Assembly (NCBI GenBank): GCA_963825135.1 | Contig: CAWGRW010000009.1 | Location: forward strand, 1,088,001-1,152,000 | From: an uncultured bacterium | GTDB taxonomy: Bacteria; Desulfobacterota_D; UBA1144; Nemesobacterales; UBA2774 | Reading direction: 5' to 3' | Length of the DNA: 64,000 bases | Shown here: positions 19,050 through 28,348 of the stretch, piece after piece | Layout of the letters: every line of letters begins with the position of its first letter | Numbering within the stretch: position 1 is the stretch's first letter | Notes under the pieces: model-generated | Databases searched by the model: none | Told to the model about the DNA's origin: nothing | The model's input: the letters and a program-made list of their open reading frames with translations, nothing else | Position numbers and translations under genes: made by a program

Positions 19050-20939
19050 TTAGAAATTCACTCCGGCCGTCGCGAAATACGTCCTGCCCGGCAAAGGGAA
19101 ATCGAGCGCGTCCCTGACGTCGAGGTTGTTGAGCAGGTTTTTTATTTCGAACGTGAAAAACAATTTTTTCCACTCCGCCTTCGCTCCCGCATCGAAGGTC
19201 GTCCTCGCGGGCGTCGTCTTCGAATCCGGGAAAGCGCTTACGGGGATCCTGTCGACGTAGTGGGTTTCCCAGAATAGCGACACGTAATTGGTCAGGTCTA
19301 CCACTGCCCTCAAGTCGAACTTGTTCCTGGGCCTCCCCGGGAGCTGCGCCCCAGTCTCGTTTATCTCGCCGTCGAGGAACGTGTATCCGGCGAACAACTC
19401 GAAGAATTTAAACGGCTTTAAAACGAGACTCGTTTCGATACCCTGCTCGTTCACGTTCCCCACGTTCTCGGGTTCGATAGTCTGCGCGCTTATAAAGACG
19501 AACAGTATGAGGTCGTCTATGTGGTTTCTGAAATAGGTCACTTCGAGCGAGCCGCGGGGGTGCGACAGGACAAACCCGATATCGAAGTCGTAAGCTGTCT
19601 CCGGCTTGAGGTCGGGGTTGCCTCTTATGAACCCTTCGTTCGGAAAGAAAAGCTCGCCGAAGCTCGGAGCCCTGTATGACCTCCCAATGTTCGATTTAAA
19701 CGACAGGAAATCGAGAGGCGCGACTATCACTCCCAGTCTGCCCGATAAACCGGACTCGGTAGTCGTCGTTTCCTGACTCGTGCTCCACAGGTCGTACCGT
19801 AAGACCGGGTTTATAACTATCATGTCGTCGAGCAGGCTTATTTCGTCGGCCGCGAACAGGCTGAACGTGAACCGGTCCGGGTTTCCGAAATCGTCGCTCT
19901 CGAGCGTCTCTTCCCTGAGCTCGGTCGCGAACGTGCATACCTGGTTGTAGGGGGCGAACCACGTGATCCTGGGGTTGATCCCGAACGAATAAGTTTTGCT
20001 AAGTGTGTCTATGGGAATCCCTACGGTAGGCTCCGGGTTCGTGAATTTGAGGTCGTCGAACCTGTTGAATATCTCCACGTCGAGGTCGATATCCGGTCTC
20101 ATGAATTGTTCCTTGGATATATTCATGCTGGTAAGGTTTCTCAAATCTTTCTGCTCGGCGTCCGGCTGCTGGAATTCCCCGAGGCCGGGGACGCCCCTGT
20201 TGTCGTAGAAGAATTCGTTGAGCATCTCTATCTTCCAGCCGTTCCCCGGATCGTACGCTCCTTTGGCGAGGAAGCTTTCGGAGTGGAACTGGTTGTTGAT
20301 CCGGGTCAGTATGAGGTCGTTTACCGATTTGAATTTAAAGTCCCCCTCGCTCTGCGCGTGTGTGAACGAGAGGAGGTAGCTGAAGTCCCCGAGCTTTTGC
20401 GCCCTCGACGCGTTAAACCCGAACGTCTCGTAGGAGCCGTACGTGGCCGAGCCGGATGTAAAGGGTTTATCCGTTTTTTTCGTGACTATGTTGACTACCC
20501 CGCCTATCGCGTCCGTGCCCGCGAACGCGGAAGCCCCGCCCCGTATAATTTCGAATCTGTCTACGTAATCGACCGGTATCGTGGAGAGATCGACGCCCCC
20601 TCCTATGGGGTTATTGAGCCTCACGCCGTCAAGCAGTATCACCACCTGGTCGTTCGACGAGCCCCTTATCGACATGGTCTTCAATTGTCCGAACCCTCCG
20701 AAATCGCGGACGACTACGCCCGGAGAGAACGAGAGGATCTCGGCTGCCGTGTTGTACTCCCCCTGAAAGTCGTCGAGGTCTATGACGGTTGAAAAGGCGG
20801 ACGGATAATCGAGGGGCGGCTCTACGGGAGTGCCCTCAACTACTATCTCATCGAGGGCTTCCCCATCCTTGTCCTGAGCCAGAGCGGATACGGAGAAGAA
20901 TACCAAGAAAGCCGATAAGAAAACTTTTATCACGGACAC
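19050..20939 (-). CDS. btuB: TonB-dependent cobalamin receptor
   Basis: Signal peptide, TonB box-like DEIVVEG, plug (SIRGS, LLDGVRLN, EIIRG, AIGGVVNIVT), GNPDLKPE, C-terminal F. Start is GTG 20939 or 20933; downstream of the B12 riboswitch. Confidence 0.9.
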   Translation of the reverse strand: MSVIKVFLSAFLVFFSVSALAQDKDGEALDEIVVEGTPVEPPLDYPSAFSTVIDLDDFQGEYNTAAEILSFSPGVVVRDFGGFGQLKTMSIRGSSNDQVVILLDGVRLNNPIGGGVDLSTIPVDYVDRFEIIRGGASAFAGTDAIGGVVNIVTKKTDKPFTSGSATYGSYETFGFNASRAQKLGDFSYLLSFTHAQSEGDFKFKSVNDLILTRINNQFHSESFLAKGAYDPGNGWKIEMLNEFFYDNRGVPGLGEFQQPDAEQKDLRNLTSMNISKEQFMRPDIDLDVEIFNRFDDLKFTNPEPTVGIPIDTLSKTYSFGINPRITWFAPYNQVCTFATELREETLESDDFGNPDRFTFSLFAADEISLLDDMIVINPVLRYDLWSTSQETTTTESGLSGRLGVIVAPLDFLSFKSNIGRSYRAPSFGELFFPNEGFIRGNPDLKPETAYDFDIGFVLSHPRGSLEVTYFRNHIDDLILFVFISAQTIEPENVGNVNEQGIETSLVLKPFKFFELFAGYTFLDGEINETGAQLPGRPRNKFDLRAVVDLTNYVSLFWETHYVDRIPVSAFPDSKTTPARTTFDAGAKAEWKKLFFTFEIKNLLNNLDVRDALDFPLPGRTYFATAGVNF

Positions 20940-20989
20940 CCCCGGTCAGCCGAGCGGCAGCCGGGAGGCAGGTTGGATTTCAAATCCAT
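20930..20989 (-). CDS. Putative 19-aa uORF (MDLKSNLPPGCRSADRGCP) coupled to btuB
   Basis: SD GGAGGAG upstream of ATG 20989; stop TGA overlaps in-frame btuB GTG 20933 (GTGA). Confidence 0.5.
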   Translation of the reverse strand: MDLKSNLPPGCRSADRGCP

Positions 20990-21030
20990 TTACTTTCTCC
21001 TCCCCGAAGAAAAGTAAATTCACAGTTATA

Positions 21031-21190
21031 AGGCAGATATTCTGGCTCGTAGCCTCTGGACTCCCCTGCGCCTTCCCGGAACAACAACTCCAGTGGCATA
21101 ATGCGGGGGACTTTACGGACTACTTACAGCAGCGGGGCTGCACCGGATTCTCACCGGATTTCCCTTTTAAGCTGAAAGCACCTTATCTCT
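21031..21190 (-). ncRNA. Cobalamin riboswitch
   Basis: Minus strand reads AAAAGGGAAATCCGGTGAGAATCCGGTGCAGCCCCGCTGCTGTAA...GCCACTG...GGGAAGG...GAGCCAGAATATCTGCCT (B12 box), upstream of btuB. Confidence 0.95.
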
Positions 21191-21317
21191 ATAAATTGTC
21201 GAAAGAGCTTTAAATCTCAAAAACATCATAACTTTCCAGTTGGCAAAATTCAAGTACGGCAGGCAATGCAAGGTTAATCGCCGGCGGATTCACCGAATTG
21301 GCGCCTCTCGCCATCTT

Positions 21318-22340
21318 TTATTTTACGTTCGGAATCACTTTCTTTCCGAATGTTTTGATAAGGCCGGAGATAATTTCATGAGTCGCCTGCGGGAATACCA
21401 TACGGCATGCTATGTACTTGATTCCGAGCTCGTCCCTGTACTTTTCGATTTCCCCTATACAGTCCTCGGGGGTCCCGATTATGAACCGGTCCTCCGCGAG
21501 GTGCCCGAACATCGGGTCGTCTAGACCCGTGAGCTGTTTACCCCGGACGAACATCTTGACCCCGAGCGAGAAATAGAATTTATACATGCTGATTATGTAT
21601 TTATTCCCCCCTTCGACAGCCTTTTTCCGGCTAGAAGCCACGAACGTCTCCCGGAGCAGTATGTGCTCCACTCTATCGGGGTCCCTCCCCGATTTCCTCG
21701 CTTCGTCGCTGTACATACGGAGCGTGTCCCTCGCCATTTCCACCGTTCTTCCCGGTCCTATGAGAAGCGGGTATCCAAACCTCCCCGCGCGCCTTATCGC
21801 GGGCTCCTCGAAGGCGCCGATATATACGGGTATAGGCTTCTGCACGGGCTTGGGCGTGAGCCTCGCGTTCTCGAATTTATATCTTTTCCCCTCATAACTG
21901 AATTTCTCTCCGGTGAGCGCCTTTTCCAGCACCTCAATCCCCTCGTCCATTCTAGAGGGCCTCTGCCTCATAGGCACCCCCATACCTTCGTACTCCTCCT
22001 TCCTGTACCCGAGCACTACCCCGAGGTTAAACCTCCCGTTCGATATGTTATCGACCACGGCAGCGTCCTCCGCCACCTTCAGGGGGTTATGGAGGGGCAG
22101 TATTATGCCCGCCGACCCTATCTTGATCCTCGTCGTCACCGCCGCCATCGCCGCGGCCGTCACCGCCGGAGAGGGGCAGTATCCGTCGTCCAGAAAATGG
22201 TGCTCCGATATCCAGGCCGATTCGAAATTCACCTTCTCGGCGAGCTTGACCTGTTCGAGGGTGTTTTTATATATCTCCGGGTGCGTGTACGGGAGCTCCT
22301 GGTGGGTCTGCATCCCGAAAAGTCCGATGCCGAATCTCAT
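21318..22340 (-). CDS. LLM-class (luciferase-like) flavin/F420-dependent oxidoreductase
   Basis: WISEHHF, LPLHNP..VAED.A..D..SNGR..LG...GYR..E; SD GGAGG before ATG 22340. Confidence 0.9.
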   Translation of the reverse strand: MRFGIGLFGMQTHQELPYTHPEIYKNTLEQVKLAEKVNFESAWISEHHFLDDGYCPSPAVTAAAMAAVTTRIKIGSAGIILPLHNPLKVAEDAAVVDNISNGRFNLGVVLGYRKEEYEGMGVPMRQRPSRMDEGIEVLEKALTGEKFSYEGKRYKFENARLTPKPVQKPIPVYIGAFEEPAIRRAGRFGYPLLIGPGRTVEMARDTLRMYSDEARKSGRDPDRVEHILLRETFVASSRKKAVEGGNKYIISMYKFYFSLGVKMFVRGKQLTGLDDPMFGHLAEDRFIIGTPEDCIGEIEKYRDELGIKYIACRMVFPQATHEIISGLIKTFGKKVIPNVK

Positions 22341-22514
22341 TTCACGTCCTCCTTCAATCGACAATAAGGGACTATTATAACACCTGCGGGCCCCTCAAAT
22401 CCAAAATCGCCGGACATTATTTCTCCCGATATAATTACCGCGTCGCTGTAGTATTGTTTTTTTCGTCCGCTTCGGTTTATAATGAGTTGGACAATCTAAT
22501 GCGAGGTGCAAAAA

Positions 22515-23567
22515 ATGGCTAAAGAGATAAAATTCGGACTTTCCGCCCCTATGCCCGGGGCCGATATGGACGGTCTCCTAAAATTTTCGGTAATGGCTGA
22601 CAAGCTCGGATTCGATACGGTCTGGTATCCCGACCACGTGGTTTTTGTTTCCCCGACCGAGGCGCACGAGGCGTGGACGATAGCGACCGCGGCCGCGATG
22701 ATGACGAAGAACATAAAACTCGGCACGGTTTCCGACCCCCACAGGATGCACCCCGCTGTTTTCGCTCAAAGACTGGCCTCTATTGACCACATCTCGAAAG
22801 GGAGGGTCACGCTCACCCTGGGCGTCGGGGAGTCCATGAACCTCGACGCTTACGGCATAAAATGGAACAAGCCGCTCACGAGACTGAGAGAATCGATGCA
22901 GGTCATGCAGAAATTATGGGCGGCCGACGGTCCCGTTAATTACAAGGGTGAGTTCTACGAGATGAAAGACGCCTTTTTACAGGTAAAACCATACAAGCGG
23001 AAGAGGATACCGACCTACATAGCCACGCATACGCCCAAGGGCCTCAAGCTCGCGGGAGAGCTGGGCGACGGGTGGCTTCCGATAGACTTAAACCCGAAGC
23101 TCTACGCGGAGTATCTCGGTACGATAAAAGAAAGCGCCAAGTCCGCGGGCCGCAAGATGAGTGAAATCGACCCCGCTCTCTGGGTATTTACTTCTCTCGG
23201 CAAGAACCAGGACGAGGCCTATAAGACGCTCGAGCCCTTCAAATACGTCCTCGTAATGCAGGACCAGCTCAAGAAGGCCGGATACGACGTAAAGATACCC
23301 GAGGAGTACCACGGCCTTAATTATTTCAACGTAGTGCCGCAGGACGAGGCGGGCAGGCAGAAGTTCAGGCAGCTGGGTCAGTTTTTTCCGAGAGAAGCCA
23401 TTATGGACTTCACGATCACCGGATCGAAGCAGGACTGCATCAAGAAGATCGAGAAATACATAAGCAAGGGCGTAAGGCACTTCGTGCTGTTCTATAGATT
23501 CAGCCCCGACCCCGAAAAGGCCCTCAAGACCTACGCGAAGGACATCATCCCTTATTTCAAAGGCTAA
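22515..23567 (+). CDS. LLM-class oxidoreductase, probably F420-dependent
   Basis: WYPDH, DPHRMHPAVFAQ, LGVGE..N...YG, AGELGDGW; divergent from the other LLM gene. Confidence 0.88.
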   Translation: MAKEIKFGLSAPMPGADMDGLLKFSVMADKLGFDTVWYPDHVVFVSPTEAHEAWTIATAAAMMTKNIKLGTVSDPHRMHPAVFAQRLASIDHISKGRVTLTLGVGESMNLDAYGIKWNKPLTRLRESMQVMQKLWAADGPVNYKGEFYEMKDAFLQVKPYKRKRIPTYIATHTPKGLKLAGELGDGWLPIDLNPKLYAEYLGTIKESAKSAGRKMSEIDPALWVFTSLGKNQDEAYKTLEPFKYVLVMQDQLKKAGYDVKIPEEYHGLNYFNVVPQDEAGRQKFRQLGQFFPREAIMDFTITGSKQDCIKKIEKYISKGVRHFVLFYRFSPDPEKALKTYAKDIIPYFKG

Positions 23568-23578
23568 TTCGTTTACTT

Positions 23579-23613
23579 TCCTCCCCCTTCTAGGGGGAGG
23601 ATTAAGGTGAGGG
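23579..23613. repeat. REP-like hairpin / possible bidirectional terminator
   Basis: TCCTCCCCCT-TCT-AGGGGGAGGA 10-bp perfect stem followed by TTAAGGTGAGGG, between convergent genes. Confidence 0.6.
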
Positions 23614-23641
23614 ATATACTATTTTTCCGTGTTGGATTATC

Positions 23642-25255
23642 TTATTTAGCCGGATCGTCCTTATCCGCCCCATTCTCCTCGAAATACACGTATTTAAATA
23701 TGATGAGGTCGAGCGGGTTCGGCGTTAGACCCTTTACATATGGCTTTATCATATTCTGCTGGTTAGATGTATAGAACGGCGCGACGGGCGCGTCTTTCTC
23801 GAGGAGTATCGTCTGAGCCTGGTCGTAGAGGGCCTTCCTCTTTTCCGGGTCGAGCTCCTTCGCGGCCTTCTCCACGAGGGCGTCGTACTCCCTGTTGCAC
23901 CACCTGGTCCTGTTGTTTCCCGATATGCACGTGAATATGGACATGAAGTTGTGGGGGTCGGGGAAATCCGCCCCCCAGCTGGCCTTGTGGATCTCGGGAG
24001 GGTCCGTGTTTATCGTGCTCAGGTACACCTTCCACTCCTGGTTCATGAGTTCGACCTCGATACCGAGGTACTGTTTCCACATGCTCTGGAGCGCCTCCGC
24101 GACGACCCTGTTGTTGCTCACGTCCGGCCACAGGAACGTGACCGTCGGAAACCCCTTCCCGCCCGGGTATCCGGCCTCCTTGAGCCACTCCCTCGCCTGC
24201 TCAGGGTTAAACTCTATGCCTATGTCGGGGTTGTATCCGAGCATATTCTTCGGTATCCACGATGTCGTCGTAAAGCCCGCTCCCTGTATGATATTGACTA
24301 TGCTCTGCCTGTCTATGGACGCTGCGAACGCCTTCCTGACGAGCGGATTGTCGAATGGCGGCTTCTCGACGTTAAACGCGATGTAATTAACCCTGAACTG
24401 AAGAGTGGTCGTAAAATCCGGCAGGTCTTTTAACCTCGGCACCTCGAGGGGAGGGATACTCTTGCTGTCGGCGTAATCGAGCTCCCCGCTCTCGTACTGC
24501 GCTAAAGCCGAGGAAGGGTTCTCGTTCATGATGAGTCTGACCTTCGCGATCCTTGGCTTCTCCCCCCAGTAGCCGGAGTTCTCCGTGAGGATTATGTTGT
24601 CGTGGTGCCTCCACGACGTGAGGGTATAGGGGCCCATCGTGACGATGTTTCCGGGCTCGGTCCATTCGAGCCCGTATTTCTCGATGACGTCCTTTCTCTC
24701 GGGGAACGTCGTTATGAACGCGAGCATGCTCGGGAAGTAGGACGCGGGCCTTTTCAGCCTGACCTCCAGCGTCCGGTCGTCGAGCGCTCTTACCCCGACC
24801 GTATCCGGGTCCTTGAGCTTTCCGGTGTTATACTCCTCCGCGTTTTCCAGGTCGTATAGGGAATACGCATAGTCGCCGCCCGTTTCCGGATTCAGTATCC
24901 TTTTCCAGGCATACTCGAAATCCCCCGCCGTGAGCGGCTTCCCGTCCGACCATTTGACCCCTTCCCTGATTTTAAACGTATACGTCTTCCCGTCCTCGCT
25001 CAGCCGCCAGCTTTCGGCGAGATTGGGTTCGGGGGTGAAGTCCTCGCCGAACTTTGTAAGCCCTTCCATGATGTTGTTGATGACCATAATGGACGTACCG
25101 TCCGTGGCGAGGGACCAGTCGAGCGAAGGAGGCTCGCTCCCGAGGTTTACGTTGAGCGTATCTCTCGGAGCGCCGCCGTTTCCACCCTCATTGTTGTTCC
25201 CGCAGGCTGTAATAAGAAAAAAACAGATAGTTATAAGAAAGAACCCCGCGCGCAT
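23642..25255 (-). CDS. oppA: Oligopeptide ABC transporter substrate-binding lipoprotein (OppA family)
   Basis: Lipobox ITAC, EPPSLD, DGKTYTF.IR...KWSDG.P.TA.DF, NQEWK, W.ADFPDP..F; no permease genes adjacent. Confidence 0.9.
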   Translation of the reverse strand: MRAGFFLITICFFLITACGNNNEGGNGGAPRDTLNVNLGSEPPSLDWSLATDGTSIMVINNIMEGLTKFGEDFTPEPNLAESWRLSEDGKTYTFKIREGVKWSDGKPLTAGDFEYAWKRILNPETGGDYAYSLYDLENAEEYNTGKLKDPDTVGVRALDDRTLEVRLKRPASYFPSMLAFITTFPERKDVIEKYGLEWTEPGNIVTMGPYTLTSWRHHDNIILTENSGYWGEKPRIAKVRLIMNENPSSALAQYESGELDYADSKSIPPLEVPRLKDLPDFTTTLQFRVNYIAFNVEKPPFDNPLVRKAFAASIDRQSIVNIIQGAGFTTTSWIPKNMLGYNPDIGIEFNPEQAREWLKEAGYPGGKGFPTVTFLWPDVSNNRVVAEALQSMWKQYLGIEVELMNQEWKVYLSTINTDPPEIHKASWGADFPDPHNFMSIFTCISGNNRTRWCNREYDALVEKAAKELDPEKRKALYDQAQTILLEKDAPVAPFYTSNQQNMIKPYVKGLTPNPLDLIIFKYVYFEENGADKDDPAK

Positions 25256-25302
25256 GGGTTTTATCTTAAAGGATGGGTCCCTTCGTGTCCAATCTGCGCG
25301 GG

Positions 25303-25605
25303 TCAGGCGATAACGCTCTCCCCGGAGACCTCGTACGCGACGACACTTTCAGGCCCCTCGATCAGGTCCGGGAATGCTTTTTCGAAATCCCTGAAGTGCG
25401 GCATCTCGAAATGAAGGTCGAGGTCCCGCCTGCTCCTCCACTTCTCGTAGAACGTAAACGAATCCGGGTCGTAAGGGTCCTGGAGGAATTCGTAAACGAT
25501 GCACCCTTCCTCGCCCCTCGAGGGCCCGAGCATCCCCTTCGACATCTCCATCATCTGCTTCCGGCGCTCGGGTTTGGTCCTGAATTTCGCGATTAATATA
25601 AGCAT
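25303..25605 (-). CDS. Antibiotic biosynthesis monooxygenase / putative quinol monooxygenase
   Basis: SR.EEGCI.Y, F.FYEKW.S, H...PHF. Confidence 0.88.
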   Translation of the reverse strand: MLILIAKFRTKPERRKQMMEMSKGMLGPSRGEEGCIVYEFLQDPYDPDSFTFYEKWRSRRDLDLHFEMPHFRDFEKAFPDLIEGPESVVAYEVSGESVIA

Positions 25606-25712
25606 ATATCCCCCTTTACAAACCTGATGAAAAATCGTAGTATAGGCTTTGCAAAAATAGTTTTCAAGCCCGTTTCAAGGGGAATCGGAGCAGTCGTTCC
25701 GGGAGAAGCAAG

Positions 25713-26096
25713 ATGTCGGACGAAAAATATAAGCGCGGACTCGAGAAACTCGAAGAGATTTCTCCCGGGGCCGGGACGAGGACAGCCGAAAGCCTCAACG
25801 ACATAGCGCCCGACATGGTGCGGTATATGATGGAATTCGTCTTCGGCGAGATTTCGTCGAGACCGGGCCTCGATATGAAGTCCCGCGAGATCACGGCAGT
25901 CGCCGCCCTCGCCGCCCTCGGCACTGCGCCTAACCAGTTGAAGATTCATATAAAGGGCGCGCTCAACTGCGGCTGCTCCCGGGACGAGGTGGTGGAGGTG
26001 CTTATTCAGGTCCTGGTCTATGCCGGTTTTCCCGCTACACTTAACGGTCTCCGGTTGGCCAAAGAAGCGTTTCAGGAGATAGACGGAAAATCCTGA
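25713..26096 (+). CDS. Carboxymuconolactone decarboxylase family protein
   Basis: FGEI.SRPGLD.KSRE, QLK.HI.GALN.G, YAGFP. Confidence 0.9.
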   Translation: MSDEKYKRGLEKLEEISPGAGTRTAESLNDIAPDMVRYMMEFVFGEISSRPGLDMKSREITAVAALAALGTAPNQLKIHIKGALNCGCSRDEVVEVLIQVLVYAGFPATLNGLRLAKEAFQEIDGKS

Positions 26097-26144
26097 CCCT
26101 CATTTTTTCCCGTGGGCGGTTAATATTTTGCCTTCCTTTTTAAT

Positions 26145-27509
26145 CTAACTCTTTTCCGAGAGAAGCCTCTCCTCTATTTCCTCGAGGCTCAGCCCCTTCG
26201 TTTCAGGCACAAGGCGCCATACGAACACGATCCCCAGGAGGCTCACGACAGCGTATAACCAGTATGTGAAAGCCGCCCCCGCAGCCTCGAACAGAGGCAG
26301 AAATGAAAACGAGACTATGAGGTTCGCCCCCCAGCTCGACATCGTGGCTATGCTCACCGCCCGCCCCCTCACGTTGAGCGGGAATATTTCCGTCATTATA
26401 ATCCAGGGAACAGGCCCCATCGAGAACGCGAAGCACGCGATGTAAAACCACACCGCGATCACTGTCGCTCCCCCGGTCCCGATACCGCCGTCCGAGCTGC
26501 CGGCCGCGAATATGCCGCCTATCGCCGTTAGCGCGATGAGCATGCCTCCCAAGCCCGCGTAGAGGAGCGGCTTTCTTCCGACCCTGTCAATTAGCCATAC
26601 GGCGATGAAGGTCGCGAGCACGTTCACCACCCCCACGCTCACTGTCGCGAGGATAGCGGTATCGGGCGATTTCATGCCCGCCTCCCTGAACAGGGAAGGC
26701 GCATAATACATCACAGTATTTATTCCGACGAACTGCTGTACGAGGAAAAGCCCTATGCCAGTGACGAGCGCCCGGCTTACGGGCGGTTTCAGCATATCCG
26801 CGAGCCCGCCTTTCGATTCCATGGATATCACTTTCCGTATCTCGTTCAGTTCCGCATCCGCGAGTGATGTATCCCCGCCGCACGTTTTTAAAAGTACGTC
26901 TTTCGCTTCTCCGTACCTGCCCATCTTTATGAGCCACCTGGGGCTGTGCGGAAGTATGAACATTCCGAAAAGCAGTATTAACGCGGGGACCGTGCTTGTC
27001 CCGAGCATGAGTCTCCAGTAGCCCGAGCTCGTGAGTGTCCGGTCGACAAAATATCCGAGCAGGATGCCTATCGTGATCGCCAGCTGAAATAATGTGACGA
27101 GCCTCCCCCTGTCGGAGGCGGGGGATATCTCGGCGATGTATAGAGGAGCCGACGCTGAAACCGCACCCAGCGCGAGTCCGAGGACGAACCTCGAGGCGAG
27201 AAGCGCGCCCGCGGAAGGGGATAATGCCGACGCGGCCGCCCCGGCTACAAAGATGAGAGCGGCCCCCTGGACCATTAGCTTTCTCCCGAGCCTGTCGGCG
27301 AGGATGCCGTTTATGAGCGCCCCGAGGATCCCCCCGACCAGCACAATTGAAATGACGGTCCCTTTTCCTACGATGTCCAGACTAAACGCGTCCGCGATAA
27401 AGCCGAGCGCCCCGCTGATCGACCCGGTGTCATATCCCAGCAGGAGGCCCGCAAGCGCCGCAATGGCTGATGTGAATAATACGATTCGGCTCTTGTTGCC
27501 GGGAGTCAT
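26145..27509 (-). CDS. Sugar porter family MFS transporter
   Basis: GYDTG.ISGA, DRLGRK, YIAEISP...RG, SPRW, QQFVGIN, EIFP..VRG, PETKG.SLEEI. Confidence 0.95.
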   Translation of the reverse strand: MTPGNKSRIVLFTSAIAALAGLLLGYDTGSISGALGFIADAFSLDIVGKGTVISIVLVGGILGALINGILADRLGRKLMVQGAALIFVAGAAASALSPSAGALLASRFVLGLALGAVSASAPLYIAEISPASDRGRLVTLFQLAITIGILLGYFVDRTLTSSGYWRLMLGTSTVPALILLFGMFILPHSPRWLIKMGRYGEAKDVLLKTCGGDTSLADAELNEIRKVISMESKGGLADMLKPPVSRALVTGIGLFLVQQFVGINTVMYYAPSLFREAGMKSPDTAILATVSVGVVNVLATFIAVWLIDRVGRKPLLYAGLGGMLIALTAIGGIFAAGSSDGGIGTGGATVIAVWFYIACFAFSMGPVPWIIMTEIFPLNVRGRAVSIATMSSWGANLIVSFSFLPLFEAAGAAFTYWLYAVVSLLGIVFVWRLVPETKGLSLEEIEERLLSEKS

Positions 27510-27743
27510 AAAGATAGGGGATACTTTCAGATTGAATTTGATCGATGCGCTCTAAAGACGAACACATTATATGTAGGTTTTGATGTGATTGCCAGAGTAC
27601 ATGATATAATAAAACTCCGGATATTGATGTCGGTTCGAATCAATATCGGTCTGATACGAATTATTATCTGTAATCATTAATACAGTTTTGTTATAATCGT
27701 ATATAGCCTTTCCATTTAAAATTTTCTGTACGAGGAGATACGC

Positions 27744-28319
27744 ATGAGAGCGAGCTTGCTTCTTTTTTCAATTCTTTTTTCTATGCTGTCGTTTTACGGA
27801 TGCGCCAAGCCCCAGGGCAACACCCCCGTGTCCCAGAGGGCTTACATTCTCCAGATGAGGGATAATACCCTCGCCGAGATTTATCAAAAAAGCCCGTATG
27901 TAGAGGACCTCGTGCAGCATGCCGTCGGGTACGGGGTGTTCAGTAACATCAACACGCAGCTCCTGGTGTTCGGATCGGGCAACGGATACGGCGTGATAAC
28001 CGAAAATGGAAGCGGTAAAACGACTTATATGAGGATGGCCGAGGGCGGAGTAGGACTCGGAGTGGCCCTTACGGATTTCAGGGAGCTGATAATTTTCAAC
28101 AACAAGTCGGTACTCAGACAGTTCATAAGCAAAGGGTGGGACTTCGGCGTACAGGGAGACGCGGTGTTGAAGTCAAAGACGAAGGGTGCGGCCGCGAGCG
28201 GTTCTGTGCCTTTCAACTCGGATATCATTATTTACCAGCTTACAAAGCAGGGCATTGCGCTCCGTACGAACGTCGGCGCGGAGAAGTACTGGATCGACAG
28301 CGACCTCAATTATTATTGA
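27744..28319 (+). CDS. YSC84/SYLF-related lipoprotein
   Basis: Lipobox FYGC; A.GY.VF, G.G.GYGV, G.GLG motifs; SD GAGGAG. Confidence 0.8.
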   Translation: MRASLLLFSILFSMLSFYGCAKPQGNTPVSQRAYILQMRDNTLAEIYQKSPYVEDLVQHAVGYGVFSNINTQLLVFGSGNGYGVITENGSGKTTYMRMAEGGVGLGVALTDFRELIIFNNKSVLRQFISKGWDFGVQGDAVLKSKTKGAAASGSVPFNSDIIIYQLTKQGIALRTNVGAEKYWIDSDLNYY

Positions 28320-28348
28320 ACACTGCCCGTATCCGGCCGCCGCATTAT

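Noticed and set aside
20789..21031. Plus-strand 80-aa ORF across the btuB start (and 21240-21524 ORF)
   Set aside because: Antisense to btuB, the riboswitch leader or the LLM gene; no coding hallmarks.
28136..28348. Upstream extension of Maf
   Set aside because: Out-of-frame overlap with the YSC84 gene; the Maf motif begins at ATG 28349.
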